Positions 8,262 through 16,960 of a DNA stretch of 32,000 bases are shown here, in pieces. Source of the stretch: Gemmata obscuriglobus. GTDB taxonomy: Bacteria; Planctomycetota; Planctomycetia; Gemmatales; Gemmataceae. The stretch lies in NCBI RefSeq assembly GCF_008065095.1, contig NZ_CP042911.1, forward strand, positions 1,050,001-1,082,000, read 5' to 3'. Position numbers and translations under genes: made by a program. A model generated the notes under the pieces. That model saw nothing but the letters and a program-made list of their open reading frames with translations, did no database searches and was not told where the DNA came from. How positions within the stretch are numbered: the stretch's first letter is position 1; the number at the start of each line of letters is the position of its first letter.

Positions 8262-9125
8262 ATGAAGCCCATGAGCACCCCGACCGTTCTCGACCGCGAA
8301 GAGTACATCGAGCAGGCGTACCTGTTCCGCACCGTGCGCGAGCGGGTCGCCGACAACCAGCCGGCGCAGGAGGTGTTCCAGCGCGTCGCGGACGAACTGC
8401 TGTCCACCACCCGCCTCCCCTACGCCGTGCAGTTCGTGGCGTCGGAGCTGAAGCACACCGGCCTGTTGGCGAACGGGTTCGCCAAGCTCCCCCACTACTT
8501 CACCGCGTTCCAGGCGTTCGTCATTCAGCAGGCCGAGGACGAGAAGTCCCGGCTGCCGATGCCGACCGCCTTTCTGATCCTCGAGCGCGAGGCCGCCTAC
8601 CGGGCCAACCAGCCCACGCGGCCGGGGCTGTTCGTGTACCAGTTCGAGACGATCGCGCGCAACCGGCTCGGCTACATCGACGGCCTGGAGGCGATGGCCA
8701 GCGACCCGTTCTACGACGCCGACTGGCGGGGCTACTTCGACCAGTTGCGGCGCCTGGTGGGCGAGAAGGACTTCAGCGATCTGGTGTACACGCACTCCGA
8801 ACTGTTCGTGATCGAGGAGCGGCGCCGGAACCCGGCGTTCGAGCCGCGGCGGCCGGTCATTTTCGGCGAGAAGGAGGGGAAGATCGCGAAGGCGAGCCGC
8901 ACGCGCGACCCGCTGTACCTGTTCGCGGCGCTCCAGCGGCAGTTGGGCTACCCGGAGGTGCCCCGGTACCGCATCCGCGACGACGCGACCACGAAGATGG
9001 AGATCCTGCAAACGAAGCTGCGCGACCTGGAGATGCGGCTGAAGCTGGTGGAGGGCGAGTTGCGCGGGAGCGTCGACCTGAGCCAGTTCGGCAAGCCGGA
9101 CCTATTACGCGAGAAAGATGATTGA
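8262..9125 (+). CDS. conserved hypothetical protein (no recognisable domain)
   Basis: 287-aa ORF with non-repetitive, balanced composition. GGAG lies 4 nt upstream of ATG 8262. The antisense ORF 8193-9011 is Arg/Pro/Gly-rich shadow. Confidence 0.75.
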   Translation: MKPMSTPTVLDREEYIEQAYLFRTVRERVADNQPAQEVFQRVADELLSTTRLPYAVQFVASELKHTGLLANGFAKLPHYFTAFQAFVIQQAEDEKSRLPMPTAFLILEREAAYRANQPTRPGLFVYQFETIARNRLGYIDGLEAMASDPFYDADWRGYFDQLRRLVGEKDFSDLVYTHSELFVIEERRRNPAFEPRRPVIFGEKEGKIAKASRTRDPLYLFAALQRQLGYPEVPRYRIRDDATTKMEILQTKLRDLEMRLKLVEGELRGSVDLSQFGKPDLLREKDD

Positions 9126-9242
9126 TTCGACAAGCGATAGCTTCCGCCGCCCCTGCCCTGCCCTGCGCTCGTGCTCACCGGACGGGGGCAACCGCGCGTT
9201 CAGCTCTCGTTCACGGTGCAGGTCTTGGTGCCTGTCTTGGCT

Positions 9243-9280
9243 TTTTTGTGGCACAGACAGGAATGTCTGTGCCACAAAAA
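9243..9280 (+). terminator. perfect stem-loop downstream of 8262-9125 (possible terminator)
   Basis: 17-bp perfect stem TTTTTGTGGCACAGACA / TGTCTGTGCCACAAAAA with loop GGAA, 118 nt after the stop. The T- and A-tracts are inside the stem and no free U-tract follows, so terminator function is uncertain. Confidence 0.35.
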
Positions 9281-9643
9281 CAAAAACCGCCGCGTGTTCG
9301 GCTCTGAACAGGAAAAGTGAGTGCCCGCCGAACGTTCGCCGGACACAAGCCTCGGGGCGGCGCCGGCCGGCGTGTGCGGGCGATCAATTGCTATGAACAA
9401 TTCGAGAATTATTAGCGCATATTTACAGAGAGGTGGCCGTACCGCCGCACGAGAGCTATATTAGATTGCAATCGACGTGACGGCGCTCAGGCGCCGCGTG
9501 CGTCGGCCGTCGGCTCGAACCGGGCCGGCGTGGAACCGGTGCGTCGCCGCTCAGGCGCCGCCCGTGCGAGCAGGCTCCCCCCCTTGAATCGGCCCGCGGG
9601 ACCATCTTTCACCCGATTTTCGCCGACTCCCCGAGCACAGAAC

Positions 9644-10708
9644 ATGATTGGCACCCCGAACGCGCGCCCGCCGCGGCGCGGCTTTACCCTCATTGAGCTG
9701 CTGGTGGTGATCGCGATCATCGCGGTCCTGATCGGGCTGCTGCTGCCCGCGGTGCAGAAGGTGCGCGAGGCCGCCGCCCGCATGAAGTGCTCCAACAACC
9801 TCAAGCAGTGGGCGCTGGCATGCCACAACTACCAGAGCTCCAACAACACCTTCCCGCGGCTCCATAACGACGCGCGCCGGGTGGGCTGGATGGTGGCGGT
9901 GCTCCCGTTCACCGAACAAGAGGCGATCAACAACCTCATCAGGCAGGGCGGCACCGCCGCGTCCGTGGACGGCACCACCGCCTTCGCCGCCGGACCCGCG
10001 GACGCCTGGAACACCAACTACCGGCCCTGGATGCAGGACATGTCGATCCGCGTGTGCCCGTCGGACCCGCAGGCCGGCCAGGGTGGCGGGACGACCTACT
10101 TCACCCGCAACTCGAGCTACCGCGCGTCCCTGGGCGACTACTCGGGCGACTTCGGCCGGACGGACTATCAGCCGAACTTCCGCGGCGCCTTCCGCGAGGA
10201 GCGGGGCCTGACGTTCGCGGACTTCACCGACGGCACCAGCAACACCTTGCTGCTCGGCGAGGTGGCGATCTGCGCCGCCGGCGACACCCAGAACGCGAAA
10301 ACGTCGCTCTGCCTGAACGCGTCCACCCCCGCCGGCGCGCTGGCGGCCGTCGACACGGCGAACCGCCGGAAGCTGCGCAACCCGGGGGCCGACTGGTCCG
10401 GCCGGCGCTGGAACGACGCCATCCCGGTCTACAGCGGGTTCCACTCCGCCACGGCGCCCAACACGCCGTCGTGCCTGGGGTGGGGCAGCTCGGACACCAA
10501 CGCCCCGCTGCTGAGCCTCGGGAGCTACCACTCCGGCGGCGCGATGGTCGCCCTGGGCGACGGCTCGGTGCGGTTCCTCGCCGATTCCATCGACGCCGGG
10601 AACGGGACCATCGCCATCTGGGACCTCAAGAGCGGCAAGAGCCCCTACGGCGTCATCGGCGCGATGGGGACCGTTCAGGGCGGCGAGACGGAGAGCTTTG
10701 GCGGCTAA
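9644..10708 (+). CDS. DUF1559 family protein with prepilin-type N-terminal cleavage/methylation domain and H-X9-DG C-terminal motif
   Basis: From ATG 9644: MIGTPNARPPRRGFTLIELLVVIAIIAVLIGLLLPAVQKVREAAARMKCSNNLKQ. C-terminal SYHSGGAMVALGDGSVRFL has H, nine residues, then DG. Confidence 0.9.
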   Translation: MIGTPNARPPRRGFTLIELLVVIAIIAVLIGLLLPAVQKVREAAARMKCSNNLKQWALACHNYQSSNNTFPRLHNDARRVGWMVAVLPFTEQEAINNLIRQGGTAASVDGTTAFAAGPADAWNTNYRPWMQDMSIRVCPSDPQAGQGGGTTYFTRNSSYRASLGDYSGDFGRTDYQPNFRGAFREERGLTFADFTDGTSNTLLLGEVAICAAGDTQNAKTSLCLNASTPAGALAAVDTANRRKLRNPGADWSGRRWNDAIPVYSGFHSATAPNTPSCLGWGSSDTNAPLLSLGSYHSGGAMVALGDGSVRFLADSIDAGNGTIAIWDLKSGKSPYGVIGAMGTVQGGETESFGG

Positions 10709-10714
10709 GGGGCC

Positions 10715-10786
10715 GGTAGTTCCAAGTTCCAGGTTCCAGGTCCGGAAAGGCCGCGTCGGAAAGCGGTCGGCTGTGGAACTTGGAAC
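10715..10786. repeat. degenerate copy of the GTAGTT..GTTCCAGGTTCCA repeat family, hairpin-forming
   Basis: GGTAGTTCCAAGTTCCAGGTTCCAGG resembles 5761-5793. GTTCCAAGTTCCA (10719-10731) has a perfect inverted partner TGGAACTTGGAAC (10774-10786). Starts 7 nt after the DUF1559 stop. Confidence 0.45.
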
Positions 10787-10902
10787 GCTGACACGCGGTA
10801 TGCTGCGGCGTTCGAACCCACCAGCCGCACACCACATCACAACACTCCTCGCCCCGCCAACGCGCGGGCGCACGTTGGCGGGGCAATTCACAGCGAAAGA
10901 AG

Positions 10903-11403
10903 ATGAAAGAAGATCGAATGGGTCACCGATTTTCCGGCCCGCTGCGGCGGGCGCTCGGCCTGCTCCTGCTGGCGTCCCTCGGGCCGCTGGCGTCCGGGTG
11001 CGGGGGCGGCGATGCGGTCGAGGTGAAAAAGGTCACGGGCCGGGTGACGTACAAGGGAGAGCCGCTCGGCGGGGCGCTTGTCATGTTCAAGCCGAAGGGC
11101 GGCTCCCGCGTGGCCTCCGGGACCACGAACCCGGACGGGTCGTTCGAACTCGTCACGTCGGGGGCGACCCGCAACGGGGCGATGCCGGGCGACTACGACG
11201 TGCTGATTTCCAAAGTGGTCGAGGTCGATGCGAAAGGGAACGTGGTCGAGCCCGCGAAGCAGGAGTACAGCCCAACAGCGCGCCAGGAGCGCACGAAGCA
11301 GAAGTCGGTGATCCCCGAGAAGTACAACAACCCGAAGGCCCCGCTGCTCTCGGCGACCGTAACCGACAAAGGCAACACGTTCACCTTCGAGCTGACGGAC
11401 TGA
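10903..11403 (+). CDS. lipoprotein with carboxypeptidase-regulatory-like (CarboxypepD_reg-type) beta-sandwich domain
   Basis: Lipobox LLLASLGPLASGC. VTGRVTYKGEPLGGALVMFKPKGG...GTTNPDGSFEL is typical of the small partner genes of DUF1559 proteins. An alternative start ATG 10918 (MGHRF) is possible. Confidence 0.8.
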   Translation: MKEDRMGHRFSGPLRRALGLLLLASLGPLASGCGGGDAVEVKKVTGRVTYKGEPLGGALVMFKPKGGSRVASGTTNPDGSFELVTSGATRNGAMPGDYDVLISKVVEVDAKGNVVEPAKQEYSPTARQERTKQKSVIPEKYNNPKAPLLSATVTDKGNTFTFELTD

Positions 11404-11423
11404 CGTCGTTTGGTACCCACGCC

Positions 11424-11613
11424 GGAGGTGGTTCGCGCGTCGGGCGTAGACCTACCCCCCGGCCCCCTCCCTGAAGGGAGGGGGAGGAAGACACGGGCGA
11501 ACGCGAAGCGAGGCGCGCGCCTTCCGTGCCGGGACCACTCCTCCCGGCGCCACCCCCTCCCTTCAGGGAGGGGGCTGGGGGGTAGGTCTGCGCCCGACGC
11601 CCGAACCACCTCC
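11424..11613. repeat. 190-bp inverted repeat (two ~61-nt arms, each with a nested palindrome) between convergent genes
   Basis: Arm 11424-11484 is GGAGGTGGTTCGCGCGTCGGGCGTAGACCTACCCCCCGGCCCCCTCCCTGAAGGGAGGGGG. Arm 11553-11613 is its reverse complement with 3 mismatches. Each arm contains CCCCCTCCC-TGAA/TTCA-GGGAGGGGG. Confidence 0.8.
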
Positions 11614-11626
11614 ACGCGCGGGAGTC

Positions 11627-13111
11627 TCACGCGAGCAGTTCGCTCCGCACGCGCCCGACGCCGCCGATCGCGTAGGGGCGGCCCACGCGGTCGTGAATCT
11701 CCGCCTGCGGGTCGATTCCGAGCACGTGGAACAGGGTCGCCACCACGTCCTTCGGCGAGAACGGCGTTTCGGCGACGGTGCCGCCGATGCGGTCCGTCTT
11801 GCCCACCACGCGGCCCTGCGCGAACCCGGCGCCGGCGAACAGCCCCGAGTACGCCCCCGCCCAGTGGTCGCGCCCGCCGCCGGCCACGTTCTGCACCCGC
11901 GGCGTGCGGCCGTGCTCGCTCATCACCACCACGGCGGTGTCGGCCAGCATCCCCCGGGCCTCCAGGTCGCCCAGCAGCGCGGTCAGCGCCGTGTCGAGGC
12001 CCGGCCCGAGTTCGTCCTTGAGGCGCGGGGTCTGGTGGACGTGGGTGTCCCAGCCGGTGTTCACGAGGCCGTACTCGTCCCAGCACACTGTCACGAACTT
12101 CCCGCCCGCCTCCAGCACCCGCCGCGCCGCCAGGCACGACTGACCGAACAGCGTCATGCCGTACCGGTCGCGCACCTTTTCCGGTTCGCGCTGAACGTCG
12201 AGCGCGTCGCGGAGCTTGCTGGAAACCAGCACCGTGCGGGCCATCGCCCGGTGCCGGTCGAACGGCGTGTCTTCGCTCCGCGAGTCCGCGACGCGGCGCG
12301 CGGCGTCGAGCTGGTCGAGCAGCGACGTGCGGTCGTTGAGCCGGTCGAGGGTGATGGCGTCGTCCGGCTTCACCGACTCGAACCGGTCGGTGGGGCGGAT
12401 GCCCGCGTAGGGGTCGGCCACAACCTTCTTGGGGTTGCCCGGGTCGCCGGAGTCGCGCTCGATCTCGCGCGTGCCCGACGCGCGGAACTCGGCCCAGACG
12501 GTGTCGTAGGCCGGCCCGAGGAACCCGCCGAACGGCCCGGGCCGGGACGGCCCGCGCTTCGAGCCGAACGGGAACGGCAGCCAGTAGTTCCGCGGCACCG
12601 CCGGCCGCGGGTCGTCCTTCGCGCCGAGGTAGTCCACCACCGACCCGATGAACGGCCAGTGCCGCGGGTCGCGCACGTTCCCCTCAAGGGGCAGGTCGGT
12701 CGTCGGGACGCCGGTGAACGCGAACGCGGTGCCGTGGATCGGGCTGTTGTGCGTCAGCGACCGCAGCACGGTGACGCGGTCGAGCTGCCGCGCGAGCTTC
12801 GGGAAGATCTCGCCGACGCGCACCCCGGGGAGGGCGGTCTGAATCGAGCCGAGGGGGCCGCGAACCTCCGCGGGCGCGTCGGGCTTGGGGTCGAAGGTGT
12901 CGATCTGGCTCGGCGAGCCCCACAGGTACAGGAGGACGCACCGCTTCGCGCTGCCGAAGCCGTTCGCGGTCGGGTTGGCAGGTTCGGGCGCCGCCGCGCG
13001 GGACCACCCTTCCAGCGACAGCCCCAGCGGGGCGAGCGCGCCGACGTGCAGGAGGTCGCGCCGCGTGAGGCCGTCGCAGAACACCTTTTTCGAGCCGAGG
13101 ACGCGCAACAT
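11627..13111 (-). CDS. DUF1501 domain-containing protein (sulfatase-like fold, Tat signal)
   Basis: MLRVLGSKKVFCDGLTRRDLLHVGA twin-arginine N-terminus. Conserved DUF1501 blocks: TFDPKPDAP, GRTPR, GGRDHW. ATG 13111 is preceded by GAGG; a GTG at 13123 is an alternative start. Confidence 0.9.
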   Translation of the reverse strand: MLRVLGSKKVFCDGLTRRDLLHVGALAPLGLSLEGWSRAAAPEPANPTANGFGSAKRCVLLYLWGSPSQIDTFDPKPDAPAEVRGPLGSIQTALPGVRVGEIFPKLARQLDRVTVLRSLTHNSPIHGTAFAFTGVPTTDLPLEGNVRDPRHWPFIGSVVDYLGAKDDPRPAVPRNYWLPFPFGSKRGPSRPGPFGGFLGPAYDTVWAEFRASGTREIERDSGDPGNPKKVVADPYAGIRPTDRFESVKPDDAITLDRLNDRTSLLDQLDAARRVADSRSEDTPFDRHRAMARTVLVSSKLRDALDVQREPEKVRDRYGMTLFGQSCLAARRVLEAGGKFVTVCWDEYGLVNTGWDTHVHQTPRLKDELGPGLDTALTALLGDLEARGMLADTAVVVMSEHGRTPRVQNVAGGGRDHWAGAYSGLFAGAGFAQGRVVGKTDRIGGTVAETPFSPKDVVATLFHVLGIDPQAEIHDRVGRPYAIGGVGRVRSELLA

Positions 13112-13218
13112 ATCGAACCTCACGCGAAACGGTTGCGGCGTGACGGGAGCGCGGCACGCTGGCCCTCACGCAACCATCCCCGTGAAGCCAGCGCGGCCGA
13201 AGTCCTACCGGTAAGGCC

Positions 13219-14553
13219 TCACTTGTTCTGGAACAAGATGTCCATCGGCGTGCCGGGGCAGACGCGGGTGGGGCGGTTCTGCGGGTCGCGGATCTCGCTC
13301 TCGGGATCGACGCCGAGGGCGCGGTAGATGGTCGCCCCGATGTCGAACGGGGTGTACGAGGTGGTCACCGGGCTCGTGCCGCTGCGGTCGGACTTGCCGA
13401 TGACGCGCCCGCCGACCACCCCGCCGCCGGCGAACAGCCCCGAGTAGACCCGCGCCCAGTGGTCGCGGCCGGGGATCGTTTCGCCGGGCAGCGTCGAGAC
13501 CTTGGGCGTGCGCCCGAACTCGCCCGACACCACCACGAGGGTTTCGCTCAACCGGCCGAGCGCGTCCAGTTCGTCGACGAGCGCCGCCAGCGACTGGTCC
13601 AGCCACGGCAGCAGCCGGGTTTTGAGCTTGCCCCAGTTGTCGACGTGCGTGTCCCAGCTCTGCACGATGCCCATGTTGGCCTGGACGATCGGCACGCCGC
13701 TCTCGATCAGCCGGCGCGCGAGAAGGAGCGACTGCCCGAACTGGTTGCGGCCGTACCGGTCGCGAATTTTGTTCGGCTCGCGGTCGAGGCGGAACGCGCC
13801 CGCGACGCGGCCCGAGTTGAGCAGCTCGAACGCCCGCCGCTGGTGGTCGCGGAACGCGGGGTCGCCGGTGCCGGTCGATTCGAGCTGCTCCAGCAGCCCG
13901 CGCCGCCCCTCGACGCGCACCGGGTCGGTGCCGTCCGGCAGCGCGAACGCGTCCATCTTGAAGTTCGGCGCGCTGGGGTCTTGCGCCACGAGCATCGGGT
14001 CGGCGCCCGGCCCGAGGAACCCGGCGTGCTGGCCGGGCCAGGTGAGCGGCCCTTCGATGAGCGCGTGCGGGAGCACCACGCCGTTGGGGATGCCGTCCTT
14101 GCGCGGGCGGAGGTGGTTCAGCCCGGCGGCGTAGCACGGCCAGTCGCGGCGCGAGAGGACGTTGTCGAGGTCGGTCTGCCGCTGGTTGGGCATGGTCGAG
14201 CCGGTCAGCAGCCGGTGCGTCCCGGGCAGGTGCCCGTTCTCGCCGTGCGACAGCGACCGCACCAGCGCCCAGTGCCGCATGCGCGCGGCGAGCAGCGGCA
14301 GGTGTTCGCAAATCTGGACGCCCGGGAGGGTGGTCTGGCGCGGCGTGAATTCGCCGCGCACCTCGGCCGGCGCTTCCGGCTTCATGTCGAGCGAGTCGAG
14401 GTGACTCAGCCCGCCGGTAAGGTTCACGAGGATGACCTGCTTCGCCTTGCCTTCCGTGCTGGCGAGCGCGGGGCGCGGGAGGGCCAGCCCGACGGCGGCA
14501 CCGGCGCCGAGTTTCAAGAAATCGCGCCGTGCGAGGTGTGAAAGGAGTGACAT
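13219..14553 (-). CDS. DUF1501 domain-containing protein (sulfatase-like fold, Tat signal)
   Basis: MSLLSHLARRDFLKLGAGAAVGLALP Tat motif. Blocks SLDMKPEAPAEVRGEF, SGEFGRTPK, GRDHW. Paralogous to 11627-13111. GGAG upstream of the ATG. Confidence 0.9.
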   Translation of the reverse strand: MSLLSHLARRDFLKLGAGAAVGLALPRPALASTEGKAKQVILVNLTGGLSHLDSLDMKPEAPAEVRGEFTPRQTTLPGVQICEHLPLLAARMRHWALVRSLSHGENGHLPGTHRLLTGSTMPNQRQTDLDNVLSRRDWPCYAAGLNHLRPRKDGIPNGVVLPHALIEGPLTWPGQHAGFLGPGADPMLVAQDPSAPNFKMDAFALPDGTDPVRVEGRRGLLEQLESTGTGDPAFRDHQRRAFELLNSGRVAGAFRLDREPNKIRDRYGRNQFGQSLLLARRLIESGVPIVQANMGIVQSWDTHVDNWGKLKTRLLPWLDQSLAALVDELDALGRLSETLVVVSGEFGRTPKVSTLPGETIPGRDHWARVYSGLFAGGGVVGGRVIGKSDRSGTSPVTTSYTPFDIGATIYRALGVDPESEIRDPQNRPTRVCPGTPMDILFQNK

Positions 14554-15251
14554 CGCGACTCCGGCGGGATGGCGTGGAAGCGGGAATTACTGGCGGGGCA
14601 CCAACTGTACCACAAAACGGCCGACGAAAGCAACCGCCGATTCCGGACATTTGCGCGAGGTTTTGAGCGCGGAGAAGTGAGCCAGGAGCGTGAACCGCTG
14701 GGTGATACCGCCCGATCAGACGGCGTGTCGAAACGGGTCGGCGTGTCGGCGGGCCGTTCCCTGGGACCGCGGACATCCCGTCCGCTGTTACGCGGGTGGT
14801 GTCGGACCGGCCCGGGCGGAATCGGGTGCGCACACCGGGTGCCCCGTTGGTGGCGGCCGGTGATCGTCAGTTGGGGGCTCGGTCCGACGGACGGGGGCTG
14901 GCCGGGTGGTTCCGGTCGAGGTGGCGGCGGTGCGCGGGGCCGGTGCGGCCGAGCGGGCGCCAGATGAAGCACCGGGGCGAGCACACCGCACCGGCCGGCC
15001 CCCGGACGGGACGAGCGGCGAGCGGCTCTCGACCGGATGCGCACACACGACCTCGCGGAACTCGTGGCCCGGGCCAAACGGGGCCGGCCCAACATCATCA
15101 GGCCGTAGTCTCTTGACCGCCCGTGCGGGTTCCACCGCCTCGATCAACCCCATCGCCCGCAACCTTGTCCGGGCGGGTTTGAGCCGTGGGCGTGGCCGCG
15201 TCTCACTCCCACCGTGCTCTCCCACAGCGACGAGGCGAAAACGACTCATCC

Positions 15252-15279
15252 TTGACATGTCTAAATGTCGAGATATATT
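15252..15279 (+). promoter_or_regulatory. sigma70-like promoter of the ArsR-family gene, with an embedded operator-like motif
   Basis: TTGACA (15252-15257), a 16-nt spacer, then TATATT (15274-15279), 20 nt upstream of ATG 15299. It sits in an unusually AT-rich patch. The spacer contains ATGTC-TAA-ATGTC-GAGAT. Confidence 0.4.
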
Positions 15280-15298
15280 TCATTGCAGAGGAGACGGT

Positions 15299-15610
15299 AT
15301 GACCTCCGACACCCTGATTGACCTCGACCGTCTGAGTCAGGCGGCAGAATGCCTGAAGACGCTCGCCCACCCGCACCGGTTGCGGATCGTGGAGATGCTG
15401 CTCAGGGATCGGTACACGGTCGGGGAACTGGCCGAGGCGTGCGATATTCCCAGCAACATCGCTTCCGGCCACCTTCGGTTGATGCAGAGGTGCGGGTTCC
15501 TCGCCCCCGAGCGTGACGGGCGGAAGGTCTACTACAAGATCACCGAGCCGTGCCTGGGTAAGTTCCTCGGTTGCATCCGCGAGCGGTTCGCCGGCCCCCC
15601 AGCCGGCTGA
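15299..15610 (+). CDS. ArsR/SmtB-family winged-helix transcriptional regulator (YgaV/BigR/SqrR-like by context)
   Basis: AAECLKTLAHPHRLRIVEMLL...YTVGELAEACDIPSNIASGHLRLMQRCGFL...GRKVYYKI is the canonical ArsR HTH plus wing. GAGGAG lies 5 nt upstream of ATG 15299. The long ORF from 14906 is an upstream read-through artefact. Confidence 0.9.
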   Translation: MTSDTLIDLDRLSQAAECLKTLAHPHRLRIVEMLLRDRYTVGELAEACDIPSNIASGHLRLMQRCGFLAPERDGRKVYYKITEPCLGKFLGCIRERFAGPPAG

Positions 15611-15623
15611 TTTCGCGCCGCAT

Positions 15624-15644
15624 ATGTCTTTAGATCTCGACATT
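15624..15644 (+). promoter_or_regulatory. operator-like site upstream of the membrane rhodanese gene
   Basis: ATGTCTTTAGATCTCGACATT has ATGTC...GACAT inverted ends. ATCTCGACATT (15634-15644) is the exact reverse complement of AATGTCGAGAT at 15264-15274 in the arsR promoter. Confidence 0.35.
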
Positions 15645-15666
15645 AACACCTTTCGGGAGGGCTTTC

Positions 15667-16248
15667 ATGGAAGTCACGACCATTAGCCCGCACGACCTCG
15701 CCGCGAAGCGGCAGGGCGGCGAGGCGGTCGAACTCATCGACGTGCGGACCCCGGTCGAGTACCGCGAGGTCCACTGCCCGTTCGCCCGCAACGTGCCGCT
15801 GTCCGATCTCGACCCGGCGGCGGTCATGTCCGCCCGCACCGGCCCGGCGGACGCCCCGCTGTACGTCATCTGCAAGTCGGGCGGTCGGGGGCGGCAGGCG
15901 TGCGAGAGGTTCCTCGCGGCGGGGTACGCGAACGTGGTCAACGTCGCGGGCGGCACCGCGGCGTGGGTGGAGTGCGGGCTGCCCACGAACCGGGGCAAGA
16001 AGGCGATCGCGCTCGAACGGCAGGTGCGGATCGCCGCCGGCCTGCTGGTTTTACTGGGCGCAGTGCTGGGCGCGTTCGTTCACACGTACTTTATTGGGCT
16101 GTCGGCGTTCGTCGGGGCCGGACTGGTGTTCGCCGGCGCCACCGACACCTGCGGCATGGGGATGGCCCTGGCCCGGATGCCGTGGAACCGGGTCGCTCCG
16201 ACGGCGAGCGGGGCCGGCGGGCCGTCCTGTGCGGTCAACCGGCCCTGA
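15667..16248 (+). CDS. rhodanese-domain sulfurtransferase with C-terminal DUF2892 membrane domain (E. coli YgaP-like)
   Basis: Rhodanese fold motifs LIDVRTPVEYREVH and active-site loop CKSGGRG. C-terminal ERQVRIAAGLLVLLGAVLG...FVGAGLVFAGATDTCGMGMALARMPWN is the two-helix DUF2892 pattern. GGGAGG lies 6 nt upstream of the ATG. Confidence 0.9.
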   Translation: MEVTTISPHDLAAKRQGGEAVELIDVRTPVEYREVHCPFARNVPLSDLDPAAVMSARTGPADAPLYVICKSGGRGRQACERFLAAGYANVVNVAGGTAAWVECGLPTNRGKKAIALERQVRIAAGLLVLLGAVLGAFVHTYFIGLSAFVGAGLVFAGATDTCGMGMALARMPWNRVAPTASGAGGPSCAVNRP

Positions 16249-16338
16249 GCCCCGGCCGGCGCGGCCCGGGAGACGTACTCGTTCTGAAGCCGCCGGCGGG
16301 CGGTGGCGACGTGGGGCGGCAACTCGGAGGAGATGGCG

Positions 16339-16740
16339 ATGCGGATTTCGATCCTGTTCGGCGCGACGGTCGTGGGCTTGACCGTGCTGGTGGCCCCGGC
16401 GGGTGCGGCGGACCACACGAAGGACACAACCGACGCGGTCAAAAAGGCACTCGCCGACGATAAGGCGGTGCTGCTCGACGTGCGCGAGAAGGCGGAGTGG
16501 GACGACGGCCACCTCAAGGACGCCAAACTGCTCCCGCTGAGCACCCTCAAGGGCGGGGCGAAAGCCGAGAACGTGGCCAAGATCGTCCCGAAGGACAAGG
16601 TCGTCTACCTGCACTGCGGGTCCGGCGTCCGGTGCCTGAAGGCGGCGGACGAACTGAAGAAACTCGGCTACGACGTGCGCCCCCTGAAGCCCGGCTATGC
16701 CGACCTGCTTAAGGCCGGATTCGCCCCCGCCGGCAAGTGA
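16339..16740 (+). CDS. secreted single-domain rhodanese (sulfurtransferase)
   Basis: Signal peptide MRISILFGATVVGLTVLVAPAGAAD. LLDVREKAEWDDGHL and active-site loop CGSGVRC. GGAGGAG ends immediately before ATG 16333, so ATG 16339 (6-nt spacing) is preferred. Both starts are in frame. Confidence 0.85.
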   Translation: MRISILFGATVVGLTVLVAPAGAADHTKDTTDAVKKALADDKAVLLDVREKAEWDDGHLKDAKLLPLSTLKGGAKAENVAKIVPKDKVVYLHCGSGVRCLKAADELKKLGYDVRPLKPGYADLLKAGFAPAGK

Positions 16741-16960
16741 CCCGCCCCCGAGATCGCCGTTCCCCGAGCGAACGAGAAGTTGACTGCGGGGCCGGGACCG
16801 CGCTGTTCGCGGACGTGGTCGAGTAAGGGCCTCGCCGGGTGCGGGTTCCACGTCAAGCAGAGCCACATGATGGCCTTCGAGACGGTCGGTCCAAAGGCCA
16901 CGAGCGAAACGTGAGCACGCCGCACCGGAGCCGCCCGCCTGAACCTGAAAGGACACTCTC

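Noticed and set aside
14788-15258. 156-aa minus-strand ORF divergent from the arsR-type gene
   Set aside because: Composition is Arg/Pro/Ala-rich with no motif, no RBS and no start context that I could support. Kept only as part of the 'empty 745 nt' observation.
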